A stretch of 12,088 nucleotides of DNA, taken from positions 1 through 12,088 of the forward strand of contig JADGIF010000273.1 in assembly GCA_018985225.1 (NCBI GenBank), in the 5' to 3' direction. Origin of the DNA: Amoeboradix gromovi X-113 (taxonomy: Eukaryota; Fungi; Sanchytriomycota). Each line of letters begins with the position of its first letter. Within the stretch, counting starts at the first letter, position 1. This document shows, in pieces, positions 6,493-12,088 of this stretch. Below the pieces are notes generated by a model, which ran no database searches, was not told the DNA's origin, and saw only the letters and a list, made by a program, of their open reading frames with translations. Both the position numbers and the translations under genes were made by a program.

Positions 6493-8865
6493 TTATTTTC
6501 TGGTACAGAATCTACCATAATCACTTGGAGTATATCCATAATCATCTCCAAAAGTCAAATGCCATGCTTTTTCCATGATTCCCAAATCGTTCCATTTAAC
6601 TGCCTTTTCTAGTACTTTATGACGCTGAATCTCTATGCTACACTTTTCTGGATGTATTTTAACATCATTCACATTGTCATCCTTGGGATTCTTTGTTGTC
6701 TGATTAGTATACACATTACAAGCCCAGATTAATTTCTGTTCCAATTCATTCAACCAGAATACCCCTTGGCTCAAAAATACATCCCACCCATTTTTCTGTA
6801 GATGCTCGATTAATTCTTCATATTCAGTACCTTTAAACTTGTTATAGTAGCCATAAAAACTGGAATAATGATATCTTGGTAAGTATATCTCACAAGTGGT
6901 AGATTCTTTTATTTTGCACGTGGTTAGATACGCTGGTGTCTGTAAGGTTTTACCAATTTCTTTTATATCCGGCATAAAGTGATAACTAAAATAGTGCGTT
7001 TTGTAGTTGAATCTTATGTGTAATGGGGTTCCAGGTGTACAATACGCATAAGGTCTAATCATAGATTGTAAGCATCTCCCATCTTTATTTAACTTCATGA
7101 ACAACTCGTTAAAATCAAATTTTTCACCTTTTCTATGCATTCCTAGAAGTGCAAGGCATTCAGATTTATTTATTATTGGCGGGTTCATTTTAGTTGCAAA
7201 TATGCTCAAATTCTCATCGTTCCACTGATCATCAGTGTGCCAGGTATTGTTTGGGTTATAGTGCCATAGTGTAAAATGCATTAAATTCTTTTCAAATGCT
7301 CTAAAGTAGCAATCATATGCAAAGTTGTTCAAGCTTTCGTCACTGCTTATCATCATCCACTTGTCATGTATATCAAATGCTAGTCCCGTCTCGCCCAACA
7401 AGCATGGCACATTCACTGGTGTGTCATCCTTGATTTGTTTCACTTGATCTGTGAAACACTGCCTTATTCCATTTGTGCCCATGAATAAGCAGTTCATTAT
7501 ATGGCCGTCTCCTCTCAGGTACTTTATAGCATTTATTTGAACCAAGGGAAAGGATTTGGTCATTAAAGTTATGCCATCATACCAATGCGGCGCTAAGCAA
7601 AGAGGATGAATAGATTTACTAATCGACTGGGGTGGAGCCTTAAGTACTGGCGGTTCTAAAAAGCATATCAGGCCCGGTATTTCCCTTCTAAATAAGGAGC
7701 ATTCTAACTCTACAAATCTCATCCAATAGGTATCAAAGTCAACTTTGCTACCATTGTAGTTTACAAAGTAGTCATTAACATAATCCAGGTCGTTGTATAC
7801 CTTGTGGTGCTTCCATATACAGCCAGACCATGACATAGATAGTTTATTGTTTGATTCTAGATGGTTGTAATTGAATTTAACAAATCTACTTCTTATGTCT
7901 GAGTGTTCTATAGGTTTAATTAGGTTACTGGGATGTACAGGATTTTCTAGCCATACCGATTTACCATCCGGATCAATTGTTGCTGAAGAAGGAACGTTGA
8001 ACAATCCAAAAGATGAATAATAAGTCACACTCTGTTTGATTCCATTTCCCAGCTTCATACCTTGTATTATAGTAGGTGAGTTATGCTTATGAACTTGTAC
8101 TGCAGTCGCAATTTGGTTTAATTTACAGCCAATAAATCCTTCGCTTGGCTCATTAAAGCTATCGAAACCAATAACACAATCTAATTTTGAGAGCTTAATG
8201 CGATAGAACAAGTAACCAAAGGCATTAAGAAAAGACTCTACAAGAAATTCATGAACAGTCTGAGAATATTTATGAAAGTTGATCACACAGTTTGGGGCAA
8301 AAGTATTACCCGCAAAGAACAGAGTAAACATGGTTGCGCATGCTAATTTATTATAGTTGGAAGGCCATATCATCTTAGGAAGAGGAGTGTGATAATTAGA
8401 AAGCCAATCCTCATGAGTGAGTGCTGCGCCACAGGCATAAAAATTGTCAGGATTGAAACCTACTACTTGCAGTGTCCAATAAGGAGCACCCGAACCACCA
8501 GTAAATCTAGACCATGTATCCTGATGTGGATCAATAAAGAATTTGAATTTAAAAAGACTTCCAATCTCTAGAATTTTTACAAGATAATCAATGAATTTAT
8601 CATCATAATTGGTTGGGCCTTGATGTTCTAAAGCTTCCCAAGTAACACAGTATCTAATTATGTTAAATCCCCATGATTTCAAACGAGCAAAATGAACATG
8701 GGCTTCATCGATTGGAAATGGTCGATTAGTGAAGGATATATCATGTGTGTGTGTTTCTTTGGATGTTGTGTTGGTGGGATTTTTTATATTTCCACTAAGG
8801 TTAACACCTCTTAACGTTAGTGTGCGATTTAATTCATCAACAAATTGATTATTTAAAACCTTCAT
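6493..8865 (-). CDS. Glycoside hydrolase family 5, endoglycoceramidase-related (GH5_12-like; steryl-beta-glucosidase Egh1/EGCrP2 or glucosylceramidase EGCrP1 type), 790 aa
   Basis: LRGVNLSG, RPFP, TWEALEH and IDPHQDTWSRFTGGSGAP motifs; acid/base NEP (FDSFNEPS); APHWYD; nucleophile GETG; DQWNDENLSIF; C-terminal beta domain (RPYA...GTP...EIYLPRYHY). Confidence 0.92.
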   Translation of the reverse strand: MKVLNNQFVDELNRTLTLRGVNLSGNIKNPTNTTSKETHTHDISFTNRPFPIDEAHVHFARLKSWGFNIIRYCVTWEALEHQGPTNYDDKFIDYLVKILEIGSLFKFKFFIDPHQDTWSRFTGGSGAPYWTLQVVGFNPDNFYACGAALTHEDWLSNYHTPLPKMIWPSNYNKLACATMFTLFFAGNTFAPNCVINFHKYSQTVHEFLVESFLNAFGYLFYRIKLSKLDCVIGFDSFNEPSEGFIGCKLNQIATAVQVHKHNSPTIIQGMKLGNGIKQSVTYYSSFGLFNVPSSATIDPDGKSVWLENPVHPSNLIKPIEHSDIRSRFVKFNYNHLESNNKLSMSWSGCIWKHHKVYNDLDYVNDYFVNYNGSKVDFDTYWMRFVELECSLFRREIPGLICFLEPPVLKAPPQSISKSIHPLCLAPHWYDGITLMTKSFPLVQINAIKYLRGDGHIMNCLFMGTNGIRQCFTDQVKQIKDDTPVNVPCLLGETGLAFDIHDKWMMISSDESLNNFAYDCYFRAFEKNLMHFTLWHYNPNNTWHTDDQWNDENLSIFATKMNPPIINKSECLALLGMHRKGEKFDFNELFMKLNKDGRCLQSMIRPYAYCTPGTPLHIRFNYKTHYFSYHFMPDIKEIGKTLQTPAYLTTCKIKESTTCEIYLPRYHYSSFYGYYNKFKGTEYEELIEHLQKNGWDVFLSQGVFWLNELEQKLIWACNVYTNQTTKNPKDDNVNDVKIHPEKCSIEIQRHKVLEKAVKWNDLGIMEKAWHLTFGDDYGYTPSDYGRFCTRK

Positions 8866-8913
8866 ACACCAAGTGTTTCAAAAACAATATGAAAACGAGT
8901 TTTATTAACTTCA

Positions 8914-9984
8914 TTACCATGAATGGGTCCAGTAGGTTATCATAAAAGCATCTGGAAACAGCTTTTTGCATTGCTTAGCATCCAAATACTGACCAAAAGC
9001 GGCTACACAATTTGTTGGAGGTCGATGCCAATCTACACCATACAAAATACCAGGTTTGGCAACATAAAAATCATCTTTGTACTGCTCGTATTTAGAGAAC
9101 AGTCTATAAGAATCTCTCAAGATGATAGGGCCAGTCATAGCCTCAGGTCCGTCATTCTGGTGCATTAAAAATGCAATTCGATTTATTAAGAATAACCAGA
9201 AAGGGTGACCTTTTCTAGAACCCAAAATTGCATTAGGAATATTGTGAATGAAGTTGTAATCATCACCCAGTACACCGAGTACTACGACCTTATCTGTTAT
9301 CAAATCATCCGAATTCTTTAAACACTCGACATCTAAATCGGCATAAATGCCGCCAAAGTGATGCAAATAAACATATCTAGAGAAATCGGCTCTTTGAATA
9401 TTATTCTTTAGCCTATCATACGTATATAACAACCAAGGATATTCTTCAGAAATTAATTGTCTGTTGTCATCATCAGTCCACAATAAGTAGTCCCATTTTT
9501 TATGAGTATCTATACAACTATTTTCCCATTCCACATATTTGTCAGGTACTTTTGTATTTTTCCAAGACTGATGAAAAATTGGTGGAATAGACGTTTCTGA
9601 GTAACTGCTAACTTTTTCATATGTAACGGATTCCGATTCCCATGAATACGCCGTCTTTTTCGGCGGGTTGAAGGCGTTCAAATCCAGTTCATATCCACTG
9701 TCCCAATGACATTCATGGTTTTGACAATTTCCAGATTTTGATTTACATTCTGCATCATCACATTTTTTATCATCTCTCTTGTCTAGAGGCTCTTTCAAGC
9801 ACTCTAATTGTGTCACTACCACAGTCTTTGTGACTGTCTTATGGTTTATGGCACTCTCTGATCTATTACAATTAACTCTAAAAAAAGTATTATCAGGTTT
9901 ATTTATCCTTTGATATTCTGTTGAATATTGATCTAATATGATCAACATCCACAGCAACACTCCAATAAAAATACTGTAGCTCAT
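8914..9984 (-). CDS. GT32-family alpha-mannosyltransferase (Och1/Sur1-Csg1/Imt-like), type II membrane protein, ~356 aa
   Basis: IPPIFHQSWK, RADFSRYVYLHHFGGIYADLD (DxD), GHPFW, TGP and terminal YWTHSW motifs. The ATG at 9984 precedes a signal anchor (IFIGVLLWMLIIL); an alternative ATG is at 10068. Confidence 0.9.
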   Translation of the reverse strand: MSYSIFIGVLLWMLIILDQYSTEYQRINKPDNTFFRVNCNRSESAINHKTVTKTVVVTQLECLKEPLDKRDDKKCDDAECKSKSGNCQNHECHWDSGYELDLNAFNPPKKTAYSWESESVTYEKVSSYSETSIPPIFHQSWKNTKVPDKYVEWENSCIDTHKKWDYLLWTDDDNRQLISEEYPWLLYTYDRLKNNIQRADFSRYVYLHHFGGIYADLDVECLKNSDDLITDKVVVLGVLGDDYNFIHNIPNAILGSRKGHPFWLFLINRIAFLMHQNDGPEAMTGPIILRDSYRLFSKYEQYKDDFYVAKPGILYGVDWHRPPTNCVAAFGQYLDAKQCKKLFPDAFMITYWTHSW

Positions 9985-10073
9985 ATTTTTTTTATGGAGA
10001 TGTTTCACAGTTTTAATGATGACTGACCTACATCCGAAAGAGTAATAGCAGAACAATTTATTTAGCATTACGA

Positions 10074-11126
10074 TCAAAGCTTTTGCTTTTTCACTATCAT
10101 AGAATAAACAGCTTCATCTCCCCATGCTTCCTTGTCTTTAAGAGTGTCTTCGTTGCTTAAATGAGTCCATTTAGATTTGCCCCTCTTTCCGAAGTTCTTG
10201 ACTTTTAATATATCAGGAAGATCACTCTTGTCTACAGCATCATCGCCAGTAGCAACATCATAATCTCTGTTTAAAATTGCAGCATCGGAATCCTGATAAA
10301 ACGCACCCTTGTGGTAATACTTTTGTAAAAACGTGTATTTGGTTTTGCTTTCTAACTGTTCTTGCTGTTGCTTAATCTTTTGAGCGTGCAATTCGTTTCT
10401 CTCACTTTCCGGTAAAGACCTGAACTGGTCTACTTCCTGAATTAACAACTCGTAGGCCATGCTCTCTTGCTTGTTCCTTATTAATCTAGACAATTCTCTT
10501 ATTTTCCACTTATCATATTCTTCTGGATTTTCGTCATCTTGATCGTCTATTGCTAGGATTTGGTATTTATCAGAGGAAAATGAATTCATTTTAGAACTTT
10601 TTTCAACTTTGTTATGGTGCACAATATATTCAAAATCATCTTCGATCAATTCACTTTTATTTGCTACAATAGGCACTGAGGGCTCGGCAACAGATTGTTG
10701 TCTTTCTTCTTTTGGAATAAATTCTAGCGAGGGAGCATCGACCTCTGACTCGCTAGAAGATTCAGAGGTGCATTCCTCCGTACTAGTGGATGTTCCACAT
10801 GTGCTTAATTTTATAGGTGGGTTAACTCTTCTACTAGCCGCGGGTAACCATCTTGTGGTAATGTCGTTTTGAGATTTAGAGCCAGGAGTTGTAAAGATTT
10901 GCTTATCTTGCTTCTCTAAAACACTAGGTATATTTTGGACCTCGGGAAGGTTGCTTTTGTATCCAGACAGTAGAGATACTGGTTCAGACTTATGTTTCGA
11001 GAACACTGGTTTCTTTAAGGTTAAAGGGGCCGCAATTGCATGGTTCTTTGGTTCTTTGTATTTATGAAGCTCAATTTCATTTTCTTCTTCACTTTCAGAG
11101 GCAAAATCATATTGATGCCGTTTCAT
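10074..11126 (-). CDS. MFAP1: MFAP1-family spliceosomal B-complex protein (Saf3/Spp381-like), ~350 aa
   Basis: C-terminal motifs EYDKWKIRELSRL, FLQKYYHKGAFYQD, DKSDLPDILKVKNFGKRGKSKWTHLSNEDT. The first ATG is at 11126; the ORF-track extension overlaps FIS1. Confidence 0.93.
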   Translation of the reverse strand: MKRHQYDFASESEEENEIELHKYKEPKNHAIAAPLTLKKPVFSKHKSEPVSLLSGYKSNLPEVQNIPSVLEKQDKQIFTTPGSKSQNDITTRWLPAASRRVNPPIKLSTCGTSTSTEECTSESSSESEVDAPSLEFIPKEERQQSVAEPSVPIVANKSELIEDDFEYIVHHNKVEKSSKMNSFSSDKYQILAIDDQDDENPEEYDKWKIRELSRLIRNKQESMAYELLIQEVDQFRSLPESERNELHAQKIKQQQEQLESKTKYTFLQKYYHKGAFYQDSDAAILNRDYDVATGDDAVDKSDLPDILKVKNFGKRGKSKWTHLSNEDTLKDKEAWGDEAVYSMIVKKQKL

Positions 11127-11214
11127 CCAAAAATTGTTTCGATTGGAGGCGTTTATAGGACTAGAAAAACTAGACAAAAAAATAATAAATTTATTTGAAG
11201 CTTTATAAGCTCTT

Positions 11215-11652
11215 CTACTTCTTTGACAAAATGGCTGATAAAATCCCAATTCCAGCTATCGCTATACCACCGATAATTCCAAGTCCAATTAATCCATCTT
11301 TTTCCATAGATTCATCTATAACGTGCAGTAAATCTTGAACATAGGGATAGTCTGAATCAAGCATTCTCAGCTGATTTAAATATTTCTTGGCTTCATGATA
11401 CTTCCTACATCTAAAATACGCACATGCCATCCAGAAAAGAGCTTGGTGGCGACATTCAGGCTGATTTAGAAGTGAGTTTAGAAGCGGAATCGCCTGACTA
11501 GGAGTAGTTTGAACCAGATGCATGGAATATTGTAAAGTGGTGTTAGGCGTAGGATATGGCGACTCTTCTAGGTATCTGGACCTGGTTTTTTTCAAGTCCT
11601 CCGCCGTTGGTTTTCCAAAAGTTCTTAAAACGAAATCTGACTGTTCTGACAT
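11215..11652 (-). CDS. FIS1: Mitochondrial/peroxisomal fission protein Fis1, ~145 aa
   Basis: TPR-like helices (LFWMACAYFRCRKYHEAKKYLNQL) and the C-terminal tail anchor KDGLIGLGIIGGIAIAGIGILSAILSKK. The ATG is at 11652. Confidence 0.9.
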   Translation of the reverse strand: MSEQSDFVLRTFGKPTAEDLKKTRSRYLEESPYPTPNTTLQYSMHLVQTTPSQAIPLLNSLLNQPECRHQALFWMACAYFRCRKYHEAKKYLNQLRMLDSDYPYVQDLLHVIDESMEKDGLIGLGIIGGIAIAGIGILSAILSKK

Positions 11653-11947
11653 GCGTTTTAAAAGTTCTCCCCAGCAAATCAAGTTTGCAGATTTAAGTCA
11701 GCTGTCATCCCAGGTAGACAGAAAAAAGTCAAGAGAAATTATACCGCACTTGCTGCAATAGTAGTAAATTACGGATACAGCTCGATTGTTTTCTTGAATA
11801 TATCATTTATCGCGAATTTGTATGCATTTTTGTATAATTTCAAGACTTTTCCAATAGCTTAAACACTCGATGTTCCTCCTTTTCACTAATGGTAAATGGA
11901 ACAAATAGATGTAATCCTGAATATGTCAATTCTAAAGAAATAACTAA

Positions 11948-12088
11948 CAGGTACAGCATACAAAGACATATGATCTGATATACTTACCCTCGCTTAATAC
12001 TAGTCAAAAGATAAGTAGCTTGTCGAGCAAGGTCGCAAGAAATATGGCCACAATGTCCCATTACACATTCAAGGAACGCTTGAAGTTC
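11948..12088 (+). mobile_element. Fanzor2/IS607-TnpB-like fragment (RuvC-II region), 5'-truncated and running off the window end
   Basis: After TAA at 11945-11947 the frame reads QVQHTKTYDLIYLPSLNTSQKISSLSSKVARNMATMSHYTFKERLKF, closely fitting the Fanzor2 pattern Yd.I.lP.f.tsqm...l.sk.aR.m...sHy.Fk.rL..k. Confidence 0.8.

Noticed and set aside
2340-10872. Short antisense or overlapping ORFs in the track (e.g. 2340-2636, 3521-3784, 4521-4706, 5298-5606, 8389-8571, 8923-9168, 10609-10872)
   Set aside because: They are shadows of well-supported genes and show no recognisable motifs.
11127-11249. Apparent FIS1/MFAP1 overlap (and MFAP1/GT32 overlap at 10074-10077) suggesting bacterial-style coupling
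   Set aside because: These come from non-ATG starts in the ORF track; the ATG starts remove the overlaps.
2202-11652. PEX13 and FIS1 as a peroxisome gene cluster
   Set aside because: They are separated by five unrelated genes, with no evidence beyond proximity.

Overview
This is AT-rich, very gene-dense eukaryotic DNA in the standard genetic code, most likely from a reduced early-diverging fungal or fungus-related genome (the taxon is inferred only). The core block (2202-11652) holds PEX13, a disordered orphan, the GATOR2/SEACAT subunit MIOS/SEA4, a GH5 (subfamily 12-like) glycolipid glucosidase, a GT32 mannosyltransferase, the splicing factor MFAP1 and FIS1, with gaps as short as 26-89 bp. 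The ORF track misses two things. First, MIOS is completed only by removing a 19-nt GT-AG intron (6332-6350), which restores the conserved C-terminal zinc/RING motif; that size is extremely small for a spliceosomal intron. Second, the spacers hold up to three TnpB/Fanzor-like fragments: 3-203 (weakest), ~1687-2036 (followed by hairpins where an omegaRNA would lie) and 11948-12088 (clear Fanzor2 RuvC-II region). An orphan, possibly secreted ORF lies between the first two. All assignments come from manual motif recognition; no searches were run.
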